The notes beneath the pieces were generated by a model. The model saw only the letters and a list, made by a program, of their open reading frames with translations. It was not told the origin of the DNA and did not search any database. A DNA stretch of 64,000 bases from an uncultured Opitutaceae bacterium (GTDB lineage Bacteria > Verrucomicrobiota > Verrucomicrobiia > Opitutales > Opitutaceae). The stretch is taken from positions 79,248-143,247 of the forward strand of contig CAMTVI010000003.1 of the NCBI GenBank assembly GCA_947085165.1, in the 5' to 3' direction. A program made the position numbers and the translations under genes. This document shows, piece after piece, positions 9,154 to 19,268 of this stretch (positions within the stretch are counted from its first letter, which is position 1; each line of letters starts with the position of its first letter).

Positions 9154-10038
9154 TCAGCTTTCTTCGTCGGGGATGATCGCGCGGACAATGGCTCCATTCG
9201 CGACGCCGAGATCTTCGATGATTTCGGCTTGGGAATTCTGTGGTGTGACGCGCGTGACGCGGACTTTGCCGACGTAAACTTCTTCGCGACTACGCTCGCC
9301 AGTGTCGGGATCGACGAGTTCGTCGCCAATCGCAAAAACTTCCCAGACCTGACCGACGGAGACGCCGGCTTGGTCGTTGCGATTGATCGTCACGATGCGG
9401 TCGCGCTTGCCGATGATGCGGGCCGGATAAACGGCGTCGGTCGCGCGGCCGGAAATTTTCTGGGCGATTTCGCGGACGGCCTGGGAGAGCAATTCGTCGC
9501 TGGCTTCGCCGACGCGCGCGGACGTGTTTTCCGAACGGTTCTCGGAGTCGCGCTTCAAGACGGAGAAGTTGGCGCTGGCGATGGAACGTTGCGTGGCGAC
9601 TTCGGTGATTTTGGCGACGGCGGAAATCTCAATGGTGCGGGCGCGGATCGTCTTGCCGAGGGAGGCGAGGCGGCGCTCTTCCATGCGGTCGTTGAAATTG
9701 TCGACGCGGATGGTGAGGATGTAGTCGGCTTGGTTAAAGCTGAACGCCGCACCTGCGGCCGCGGCTTCAGTCGCGAGGGCATCGACATCGGCGCGCTCGA
9801 TCATTTCGAAACGGCGCGTGTTGAGCAGGCGGTCGTGCACTTGGGATTCGAGGCTCTGCAGAATGCTGTCGAGCGAGAGATTGACGCCCTGCGCGGCCAT
9901 GCGTTGAGCGACGGCGGGATTGGCAGTGATCTTGGTCACCGCGAGTTTCTTTTTGCCGGGGGCTTCTTGCGCGAAGCCCAAACTGGCGGAGAGTGAGGCG
10001 GCCACGAGGGCGGCGAGGAGGATTCGTCCGATTTTCAT
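9154..10038 (-). CDS. CsgG/HfaB family protein with a FlgT-C-like C-terminal domain
   Basis: Signal peptide; RRFEMIER.DVD and ADYILT..V..F; C-terminal V.IN.....GV..GQ...VF..G.ELVDPDTGE. Confidence 0.7.
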   Translation of the reverse strand: MKIGRILLAALVAASLSASLGFAQEAPGKKKLAVTKITANPAVAQRMAAQGVNLSLDSILQSLESQVHDRLLNTRRFEMIERADVDALATEAAAAGAAFSFNQADYILTIRVDNFNDRMEERRLASLGKTIRARTIEISAVAKITEVATQRSIASANFSVLKRDSENRSENTSARVGEASDELLSQAVREIAQKISGRATDAVYPARIIGKRDRIVTINRNDQAGVSVGQVWEVFAIGDELVDPDTGERSREEVYVGKVRVTRVTPQNSQAEIIEDLGVANGAIVRAIIPDEES

Positions 10039-10073
10039 AGGAGAGTAAGTTGGGGTTGCGGCGGTAGAGTAAC

Positions 10074-11291
10074 TTAGCGACCGAAGAGCGAGCGCTCGTT
10101 GATGGTAATGCCTTCCTTGGTATCGACGTTCACTTTGAAGCCGCTGTTTTCGAGCGCCTTGGCCTCGCCTTCGAGAACCTTGACCTCGGCGTCAGTGAGT
10201 TTCGCGCCGTTTTTGAGATTGTTGATGAAACCAGTGGCGTCCTTCCAGCGGGCGTAGCCGGCATCGCTCATCTCGAGCGTGACGTTGAGTTTCTGGCCGT
10301 TGGCGAAATTGACGGTGCGTTCCCATGGCTTGAAGCCTTCGCGCACGACACGGAGTTTGCTTAGGCCCGCCTTCACTTGAATCGTGCCCGGCGCGGTGCC
10401 CACGGCGATGCCGTCAATTTCTACGGTGGCAGAGAGGGCGGCGACTTTGAATTTGCTTTGGGAAATGCTGAGTGTGTTTTCCGCGCCGATGCGCACGTCG
10501 GGGATGTAGAGGTCGGCGACTTCAGTGGAGAGCTCGACATTGACGAGGGCGGCGGCGGCGTTTGGCGTGCCGAGGCGGCCGCGGTCGATGGCGCGCTTCA
10601 AGCTGGTGGCAACTTTGCCGGCGGCTTCGTCGAGGAGGCCGTTGAACGCATCCGAGCGCTCGGTGGAAGAGGCGGAGGTCTGCTGCACCATCATGTTGGT
10701 GCGGACCGTGTCCGCGGCGAGGCTGGCACCGGTGGTGCCGTCGAGAATCTTGTAAGTGACGCGGGCGATACGTTCCTCGTTCACGGCTTTGACGCCGTAA
10801 GCATCGACGGTGCGTTGGTTGGCTTCGAGGCCGGAGATGGAAACTTGGAGCACGTAGTCGGCGCCCATGGTTTGCGAGAGGCGCACAGCCGAGGTGCTGT
10901 CGGCAAATTGCGCGTCGAGGTCGGTCGCCTTAGCGCCCGGCGCGAGTGCGCTGACGGCGTTGAGCGCGGTTTCGGCGGAGATGACGCGTAGACCGAGATC
11001 GGTGACGCGAGCGGTGATGAAATCTTCGAGCGCCCCCAATTGCGAGTCGCCGCTCTTGCCCGCGCGGTTGGTCACGACGATGGCCACTTGGTGTTGCGAG
11101 GGCTTGGCCTGCACTTGGCGCACGGTGGCGGTGGTGGTGACGGTGTGTTCTTGAATCGTCTTGCCGTCTTGTTCAAACGTGCGGCTCTTGACGTCGGCTT
11201 GGACAGGGGGGGCGGATTGGGCGAGGGCGCCGGTGCTCAACACGAGAGCGGTTAGCGCGGAAATGACGAATCGCGGAATGGGAGTGTTCAT
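10074..11291 (-). CDS. Secreted PEGA domain protein with an N-terminal CsgG/TolB_N-like domain
   Basis: ATVEIDGIAVGTAP...G...LRVVREGFKPW (PEGA) and GADYVLQVSI; signal peptide. Confidence 0.75.
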   Translation of the reverse strand: MNTPIPRFVISALTALVLSTGALAQSAPPVQADVKSRTFEQDGKTIQEHTVTTTATVRQVQAKPSQHQVAIVVTNRAGKSGDSQLGALEDFITARVTDLGLRVISAETALNAVSALAPGAKATDLDAQFADSTSAVRLSQTMGADYVLQVSISGLEANQRTVDAYGVKAVNEERIARVTYKILDGTTGASLAADTVRTNMMVQQTSASSTERSDAFNGLLDEAAGKVATSLKRAIDRGRLGTPNAAAALVNVELSTEVADLYIPDVRIGAENTLSISQSKFKVAALSATVEIDGIAVGTAPGTIQVKAGLSKLRVVREGFKPWERTVNFANGQKLNVTLEMSDAGYARWKDATGFINNLKNGAKLTDAEVKVLEGEAKALENSGFKVNVDTKEGITINERSLFGR

Positions 11292-11423
11292 AGACAAGTT
11301 GGAGTGGACGTGAATGGTTTTGTTCCGATCGCGAAAATCGATTAGTCCAATCGCTCCGCCGAAAAAACGGGCGGTGCGCTGAGGACCAGCAGCGCGGGGA
11401 CAGTTACCTGATTCACGGGCTGC

Positions 11424-11452
11424 AATATAGGCACCCCAAACGACGGACGCAA
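11424..11452 (-). promoter_or_regulatory. Putative sigma70 promoter of the PEGA-lpoB operon
   Basis: Minus strand TTGCGT-N17-TATATT. Confidence 0.45.
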
Positions 11453-11575
11453 GCGCCCAAACGTTGATATACGAGCAATTGCGTAGGGGATTCTCCTAGG
11501 GCTCCCTTACTCGGCCTGAAATCTGCCGCGCTCGAGAACCTCTTTCAACCATCGGCAACAGGCCGGGCGCGCCAC

Positions 11576-12790
11576 TTACTTCGCCACGACGAGCGGGAAC
11601 CCGGCCTTGCGCAATGCGCGGTGCAGCGCGCGAATGTGCGCGTGGTCGCGGGTCTCGATCGTGCACACGGCATTGACCGCATGGACGTCGGGCCCGCTGA
11701 ACGCGCGATCATGGGTAACCTCCTTAAAACTCGCGCCCGACTCGGCGATGACGCGCGCCAACGCCGCCAAGCCGCCCGGCCGATCGCTGATCGTAACGGT
11801 GAAACGCGTGATACGACCATCGCTGACGAGACCGCGCTCGATCACGCGGCTGAGAATCGCCGGATCGATGTTGCCCCCGCAAGTGACCAGCACGACCCGT
11901 TTGCCGCGCAACTCCGGTAATTGCCCCGACATCATCGCGGCCAACGGCGTCGCGGCGGCGCCTTCCACGACGATTTTTTCCATTTCGATCATGCGCAGAA
12001 TCGCGAGTGAAATTTGGTTCTCGGTGACTTTGACAATGCCATCGACGCGGTCGCGAATGAGTGAAAACGCGTTCGTGCCGACGGTGAGCGTCGCGAGACC
12101 ATCGGCGAGCGTGCCGCGGCGACCGACGAGCACGGGTTTGCCGGCTTGGAGCGCGGCGCTGAGATTGCCCGTCATCGCGCTTTCGACGGCGATCACTTTG
12201 ACGCGTGGCTTGAGCGCTTTGACCGCGACCAAGACGCCCGCGAGCAATCCACCGCCGCCTACTGGACAAACGATGGCGTCGACGTCTTTGACTTGTTCCA
12301 ACACTTCGAGGCCGAGCGTGCCCTGCCCAGCGATGATGTCCGGCGCGTCGAACCCGTGGATGTAGGTGAAGCCTTCGCTCGCCGCGAGTGAGTCGGCGTG
12401 GGCGCGCGCTTCGGAGAAATCGCGGCCATGCACGATGACGTGCGCGCCAAGGCGTTTGCAGGTGCTGATTTTGATCAACGGCGCGTAGTCGGGCATCACG
12501 ACTGTGACCGGGCAGTTGAGCAATTGACCGTGATAGGCGAGCGCCGCCGCATGATTACCGGCGGAGGCGGCGACGACACCGCGGCGACGTTGGGCGGGCG
12601 TGAGTTTCGCGAGAGCGTTGCGCGCGCCGCGCTCTTTGAACGAGCCGGTGCGCTGGAGATTATCCAGTTTCGAAAAAATGCGCGAGCCCGTGATTCCGGA
12701 GAGCGGAATCGACTCCGCGCATGGAGTGTTCACGACGACGCCAGCGATGCGCTTCCGCGCGGCACGAATATCGGCAAGGGTAACAGGCAT
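11576..12790 (-). CDS. ilvA: Threonine ammonia-lyase (PLP) with a C-terminal ACT domain
   Basis: QRTGSFKERGA, ASAGNHA, PVGGGGL, GGNID and DRPGGLA. Confidence 0.9.
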   Translation of the reverse strand: MPVTLADIRAARKRIAGVVVNTPCAESIPLSGITGSRIFSKLDNLQRTGSFKERGARNALAKLTPAQRRRGVVAASAGNHAAALAYHGQLLNCPVTVVMPDYAPLIKISTCKRLGAHVIVHGRDFSEARAHADSLAASEGFTYIHGFDAPDIIAGQGTLGLEVLEQVKDVDAIVCPVGGGGLLAGVLVAVKALKPRVKVIAVESAMTGNLSAALQAGKPVLVGRRGTLADGLATLTVGTNAFSLIRDRVDGIVKVTENQISLAILRMIEMEKIVVEGAAATPLAAMMSGQLPELRGKRVVLVTCGGNIDPAILSRVIERGLVSDGRITRFTVTISDRPGGLAALARVIAESGASFKEVTHDRAFSGPDVHAVNAVCTIETRDHAHIRALHRALRKAGFPLVVAK

Positions 12791-13040
12791 GGGGGATGCG
12801 CGCCGTTCTAGCGCACCGCACCACTCGCGCAACAAAGATGCGGTCGAGTTGCCGGTCCGACTCGACAGAATTAGGGCCGCGGCGCGCCACCACCCCGCGC
12901 GCTACTCCACGCGCGCCATGGCCCATCGGTAAACGCATGCCCGTCAAGGCGGTGTTTAGCGTTGCCGCACACCGCGTGGCGTCTAGGAAGTGTCGTTGGT
13001 CGGTGCGCGGTTTCTCCGTCAGCCGGCTGACCCACGAATC

Positions 13041-13394
13041 ATGTTTCAAGTCACCTTTTCCGCCCAGAGCATGCAGGAGCTCAACCGGCTCGACAAATTG
13101 GCCCAAATGGAAGCCATCGAGCCGATCAGCAATGTCAGTCCGAACGACTTGGCAAATCCGCGCGAGCCGTTGGGCAAATTTAGCCGCGCCGGCACCGATT
13201 TCTACCGTCTGCGCTCCGGCGATTTCCGCTTCTATTTCACCGTTGAGGGCGACAATCTCCACACGCACTACATTTTGCACAAGTCGTCGTTGGAGGACGC
13301 GTTGTTTCGCATGAAATTACCCGTGTCGGAACAACAGCTTTTCGAACAACACTCCAAGTTCTGGCGCTACCTCGAGAGTTTGACCAAGAAGTAG
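13041..13394 (+). CDS. RelE/ParE-like protein with no adjacent antitoxin
   Basis: MFQVTFS..S..EL..L and FYRLRSGDFRFYF match the RelE-fold pattern. Confidence 0.65.
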   Translation: MFQVTFSAQSMQELNRLDKLAQMEAIEPISNVSPNDLANPREPLGKFSRAGTDFYRLRSGDFRFYFTVEGDNLHTHYILHKSSLEDALFRMKLPVSEQQLFEQHSKFWRYLESLTKK

Positions 13395-13404
13395 TCCGTT
13401 TCCC

Positions 13405-14310
13405 ATGCCCGACCTCTCCGATCGAGAAAACCCCTACAACGTCACCCAGGCGAGCCGGATTTATTTCCTGCCGAACCTGATGACCGCGGGCAATTTGTTC
13501 TGCGGCTTCGTCGCCGTGATCAAGTGCATCCAGGCGCGCCTCATCACCGACGGTGGTGAATACGCGCTCTTGCACCCGACGCTGACGCCGTTCGACCTCT
13601 ACACTCAGGCCGTCTGGTTCATTTTGTTGGCCGTCGTCTTCGATTCGCTCGACGGACGCTTGGCGCGCATGGGCGGACGCACGTCGTTGTTCGGCGCGGA
13701 GTTTGATTCGCTGGCCGACGTGGTGTCGTTCGGCATCGCGCCGGCGTTGATGGTTTTCTTTTTGATCCTGGCTCCGCGCGGGGATTACCAGTGGTTTCGC
13801 GAGCTGGGCTGGTTAATTGCGTTCGTCTACTTGCTTTGCGGCGCGGTGCGATTGGCGCGCTTCAACGTCATCACGAATCCCCTGCTCCACCGCTCCGAGG
13901 CGGAATCGCACAAGGATTTTGTCGGTCTGCCGATTCCCGCGGCGGCGGGCACGATTGCCACCTTGGTGTTGTTGTTGCTCAACTTGGCCGCCAACGACCG
14001 CGAATTGCGCCAATTCACGCTGGCGTTGCCCTTGCTGCTCCTGCTCGTCGCCATGCTGATGGTCAGCACGGTGCGTTACCCGAGCTTCAAACAGGTGAAC
14101 TGGGAAACGAAGACCCGTTTCCGCACCTTCGTCCTCGTCTTCATCGCGGGCATCATCATCTGGCGCCTCCAGGAAGTCGCGTTCTTCTTTCTCTTCCTCG
14201 CCTACATCGCCTACGGACTCTTCGAGCACTACCGCCGCGGCGTGCGCCACACCAAGATGAGAGTTCTTCGCAAACGCATTGTGAAGATGCGCGAGGGATC
14301 GTCTGAATAA
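13405..14310 (+). CDS. pssA: CDP-diacylglycerol--serine O-phosphatidyltransferase
   Basis: LPNLMTAGN, DSLDGRLAR...G.EFDSLADVVSFG.AP, RLARFN and FVGLPIP. Confidence 0.88.
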   Translation: MPDLSDRENPYNVTQASRIYFLPNLMTAGNLFCGFVAVIKCIQARLITDGGEYALLHPTLTPFDLYTQAVWFILLAVVFDSLDGRLARMGGRTSLFGAEFDSLADVVSFGIAPALMVFFLILAPRGDYQWFRELGWLIAFVYLLCGAVRLARFNVITNPLLHRSEAESHKDFVGLPIPAAAGTIATLVLLLLNLAANDRELRQFTLALPLLLLLVAMLMVSTVRYPSFKQVNWETKTRFRTFVLVFIAGIIIWRLQEVAFFFLFLAYIAYGLFEHYRRGVRHTKMRVLRKRIVKMREGSSE

Positions 14311-14483
14311 CTTTCTCCTGTGAACAACCTGCCGGTTATTCGGACTTATTCAGGAGCTTTGCGCAGCGCTGGCCGACGCCTTTTTCCCTCTGGCGAAAGC
14401 TCGCTTACCACGATATTCGTGCACCATAATAATACGGATACTATCTTATTGAATCTCTCTCTATCTAACCTTTGTGTGGAAAA
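14302..14483. other. Candidate replication origin (DnaA boxes plus AT-rich segment) upstream of dnaN
   Basis: One perfect TTWTNCACA box (TGTGGAAAA 14475-14483); near-matches at 14302, 14319, 14336 and 14346; AT-rich 14425-14470. Confidence 0.5.
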
Positions 14484-14504
14484 CCCAGCTCCAGCCCACT
14501 GCCG

Positions 14505-15629
14505 ATGAAATTTAAGATCAACCGCGACCACTTCAGTAACGGCCTTGCCCAGGTCCTCAACGTTGTCGGCTCCAAGGCCGCCATGCCAATCTTGAGCAAC
14601 GTGCTGATCGAGGCCGAGAAGGATTACATCTCCCTCTCGACCACCAATCTCGATCTCGGCATCCGTTGCAAAATCAAAGCCGAGATCAAAGAGCCGGGCA
14701 GCGTGACGCTCCCAGTCAAGCGCCTCGCCACCATCGTGCGTGAGCTGCCCAACGTCGAAGTCACCGTCGAAGGTTCCGCCTCGCACCAAGTAAAAATCAC
14801 CTCGGGTGGTTCGCATTTCAAGATCATGGGCCTCGGAGCGGATGACTTCCCGAAGTTGCCGGACACCGGCGACGACAAGACGTTCGCGTTGGAACAAAGC
14901 GAACTTGCCGGCATGCTCGGCAATGTCGCCTACGCGCAATCGACGGACGAAACCCGTTACATTCTCAACGGCGTCTATTTCAACTTCCGCGAGGGCAAAC
15001 TGGCACTCGTCGCCACCGATGGCCGCCGCCTAGCACTCGTTAGCAAGGAAATGGAAGTCCCTGCCGCCAACACCGGCGCGATCATCCTCCCAGCCAAGAC
15101 CGTCGCCGAACTTCTTCGCCTCCTCGGCAAAGGCGACAAGCTGACCATTTCCTTCAATGAACGCCGCGCCGCGTTCCAGATCGAGACGAACAAGGATAAC
15201 AGCGGCCTGACCGACGCGATTTACCTCTTCTCGAAAGTCGTCGAAGGAAATTACCCCAATTACCAACAGGTTATTCCCAAGGAAACGCATCAGCGGATTA
15301 AGCTCGATCGCGAGAACTTCCTGCAATGCGTGCACCGCGCAGCCTTGGTGACATCGGAGAAGTCCAATTCGGTGCGCATCAAACTCACGAGCAACCTGCT
15401 TGAGATCACCGCGTCGTCCCCTGATTTCGGCGAGGCGCACGAGTCGATCGCGATCGATTACAGCGGCACCGAACTCCAAGTGGCGTTTAACCCGCAATTC
15501 GTGATGGATCCGCTCCGCGCACTGACCAAGGACGAAGTTTATTTCGAGTTGAAGGACGAGGTTAGCCCCGGCGTTTTCAAGACGCTGGAGAGCTTCGTCT
15601 GCGTCATCATGCCGGTGCGTCTGAGCTAA
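14505..15629 (+). CDS. dnaN: DNA polymerase III beta sliding clamp
   Basis: [36 protein letters not shown] and IMPVRL. Confidence 0.97.
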   Translation: MKFKINRDHFSNGLAQVLNVVGSKAAMPILSNVLIEAEKDYISLSTTNLDLGIRCKIKAEIKEPGSVTLPVKRLATIVRELPNVEVTVEGSASHQVKITSGGSHFKIMGLGADDFPKLPDTGDDKTFALEQSELAGMLGNVAYAQSTDETRYILNGVYFNFREGKLALVATDGRRLALVSKEMEVPAANTGAIILPAKTVAELLRLLGKGDKLTISFNERRAAFQIETNKDNSGLTDAIYLFSKVVEGNYPNYQQVIPKETHQRIKLDRENFLQCVHRAALVTSEKSNSVRIKLTSNLLEITASSPDFGEAHESIAIDYSGTELQVAFNPQFVMDPLRALTKDEVYFELKDEVSPGVFKTLESFVCVIMPVRLS

Positions 15630-15685
15630 TCAGCTCAGGCTCGTCGCAATTTTTCGCCCCGCGGACTTCGGTTCGCCACCCGGTC

Positions 15686-16567
15686 ATGTCGGAAGTCATC
15701 ACTATCGTCCTCGCGCCCGCCGCGGCTCTGCTGCTGGCGTTGTTCTACATCAACCTGCGGGTCGCCTCGCCGATGTTGGCGATTCCGATCCGCTGGTTGC
15801 GGTGGATGCTGTTCGCGCTCTTTGTTGCCTCGACGAGTGAGCAATTTGGCTGGATTGACCGGCCATTTTGGGTCGTGGCGGTGAGCGCGTTTCTCCTTTG
15901 GTTTGTGCTCGAATCCGGCTTCAACTGGCTGCGCGTTTCCGCGATCAGCCTGAGTCCGTTGCCGTTGTTTCCCAAGTTCGTCTCCAACACGGGCGGTGAC
16001 GAATGGCCGGTGCAGGAGCGCTTGCTGCGGGTGCGCGATTGGTTGCGCGATAATCGCTTTACCGCCACGCAGGCGCTGAAAGCCGAAGTCGGCGGCGGCA
16101 TCTGGTTGCGCGTGTCGATTTACCAGAGTCACGACAATACCGTGCGCGCACAGGTGGCATTTCTGCCGCAGGATAGCGGCGCGATTACGGTGTGTTTCAG
16201 TTTATCCACCGAGATGCAAAGCGGGCGCCGCTACGTCACCGACAATTTTTTCCTGCCCTTCGGTGGTTTTTATCCGGAGAGCTGGTTCCTCGCGCGCAGT
16301 CCGTGGCGGCGGTCATTGCCGCGATTGCTCGCGCATCACCTGCAACGCATCCAACGCGCCGGGGAAGTGGCGGTGCCGTGGGAAACCACGCCGATCGACG
16401 ACCTGAATCGCCAGCAACAGATGATGGAGCAAGTGAACACCGAACTTGGGTTTCTGTTGCCGCACGCCGATCGCGAGGAACACGGCAAGATCACACCCGA
16501 AGGCCGCTTTCGCATCTGGCAGGAAGCCTGGCTGCTCGATTACTTCGGCACCGCGCGGCATTACTGA
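15686..16567 (+). CDS. Hypothetical membrane protein
   Basis: About three N-terminal hydrophobic segments followed by a soluble domain. Confidence 0.7.
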   Translation: MSEVITIVLAPAAALLLALFYINLRVASPMLAIPIRWLRWMLFALFVASTSEQFGWIDRPFWVVAVSAFLLWFVLESGFNWLRVSAISLSPLPLFPKFVSNTGGDEWPVQERLLRVRDWLRDNRFTATQALKAEVGGGIWLRVSIYQSHDNTVRAQVAFLPQDSGAITVCFSLSTEMQSGRRYVTDNFFLPFGGFYPESWFLARSPWRRSLPRLLAHHLQRIQRAGEVAVPWETTPIDDLNRQQQMMEQVNTELGFLLPHADREEHGKITPEGRFRIWQEAWLLDYFGTARHY

Positions 16568-16647
16568 GACCGCGAGGCGCCGCACGGTAGTTGACATCCG
16601 ACTGGCTAAAACGGAGCGGCGGACTAGCGTGTTTGACTTAACCAACC

Positions 16648-17103
16648 ATGAACCTCCCTCGCCTCCTTCGTTCCGCTCTTCTGTTCACCGTGCTCGCATT
16701 GCCGCTTTCTGCTTACGAAGGCTGGATGACCGACATTGCCGCCGCGAAGGCCAAGGCGAAGGCCGAAGGCAAGCAACTCGTGCTCGAATTCACTGGCTCG
16801 ACCTGGTGCCCGCCCTGCAAGGCGCTGCACGCCGAAGTGCTCACCTCGGCGGAGTTCGCGGCATTCGCGGCCGACAAAGTGCTCGCACTGGTGGATTACC
16901 CGCGCGCCAAGGATCGCACGCCCGAGAAAATCGCGGCCGATCCGGAGTTGGCGCGCATCATCGCGTTGAAGGACGAGTATAACGTGCCGGGCTTCCCCAC
17001 GATGTTCGTCTTCGATGCGAAAGGCCAAGAACTCGCCAAGGTCGTTGGTTACGAGAAGGGGGCCGGCCCAGCCTCATACATTGGCGAACTCACGAAAAAA
17101 TAA
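16648..17103 (+). CDS. Exported thioredoxin family protein
   Basis: FTGSTWCPPC and cis-Pro GFPT; signal peptide. Confidence 0.88.
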   Translation: MNLPRLLRSALLFTVLALPLSAYEGWMTDIAAAKAKAKAEGKQLVLEFTGSTWCPPCKALHAEVLTSAEFAAFAADKVLALVDYPRAKDRTPEKIAADPELARIIALKDEYNVPGFPTMFVFDAKGQELAKVVGYEKGAGPASYIGELTKK

Positions 17104-17190
17104 CCGGTAGGTGCGGCGCCCGCCCGCCCGACTGCGCCGCGGACCGTAAAATCGTCTCGTCACCCGTCCGCTTCCCGCTAGCCGTAAATC

Positions 17191-17487
17191 ATGTTGCTCT
17201 TCGCCGCCTCAGCGCTCGAAACCGCCCGAAGTGTCCCTGCGGCCACGTGGCTGAAGCTCGGCATCGTCATCGCCTCGTTGGTCGCGCTGGTTTTCATCCT
17301 GAGAAAAATCGCCGGCATGAACAAAATCCTCGTTGGCGTGGCGGTGCTGGTAGTGGTCTCCGTGATTTTCTTTTCGTGGGTCTACAAACGCAATGAGCCC
17401 GCGTGGATGACACCGGTCATCGAGAAGGTCGCCCCGTTTTTCCCGAAGGCGAACTCGTTCGAAAAGCGCCGCAACAACACGCCGTAA
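17191..17487 (+). CDS. Small membrane protein
   Basis: Two hydrophobic helices; co-oriented with neighbours. Confidence 0.65.
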   Translation: MLLFAASALETARSVPAATWLKLGIVIASLVALVFILRKIAGMNKILVGVAVLVVVSVIFFSWVYKRNEPAWMTPVIEKVAPFFPKANSFEKRRNNTP

Positions 17488-17608
17488 TCCCTGCGGCGAC
17501 GGTTCGCGCACCAGCGGGCGCCATAGCAATCCGCGCGGCCTTTATGCCACTTTAGGCAATAGTAATTAGTTTGGTCTTTCCGACGCGCTCGGCTAGTCTG
17601 GTTTCCTT

Positions 17609-19114
<1,506 letters not shown>

Positions 19115-19139
19115 GCTGATTTCAAAGGCAAATCCCCTC

Positions 19140-19168
19140 AACGCGGTCGTAAGACCGCGTTTTTCTTT
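19140..19168 (+). terminator. Intrinsic terminator after gnd
   Basis: AACGCGGTC-GTAA-GACCGCGTT followed by TTTCTTT. Confidence 0.85.
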
Positions 19169-19187
19169 GGCCGTGAAAGCCAAATTT

Positions 19188-19257
19188 AATCCTAATAACT
19201 TAAATATTAGGATTGAGTCGGTTTCCTAATCTATTCCTAATCGGACAAGAATTAGGA
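19188..19257. promoter_or_regulatory. Two palindromic operators, TCCTAAT-N9-ATTAGGA, upstream of fic
   Basis: Copies at 19190-19212 and 19235-19257; extra half-site at 19224-19230. Confidence 0.65.
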
Positions 19258-19268
19258 TTACTAAACCG

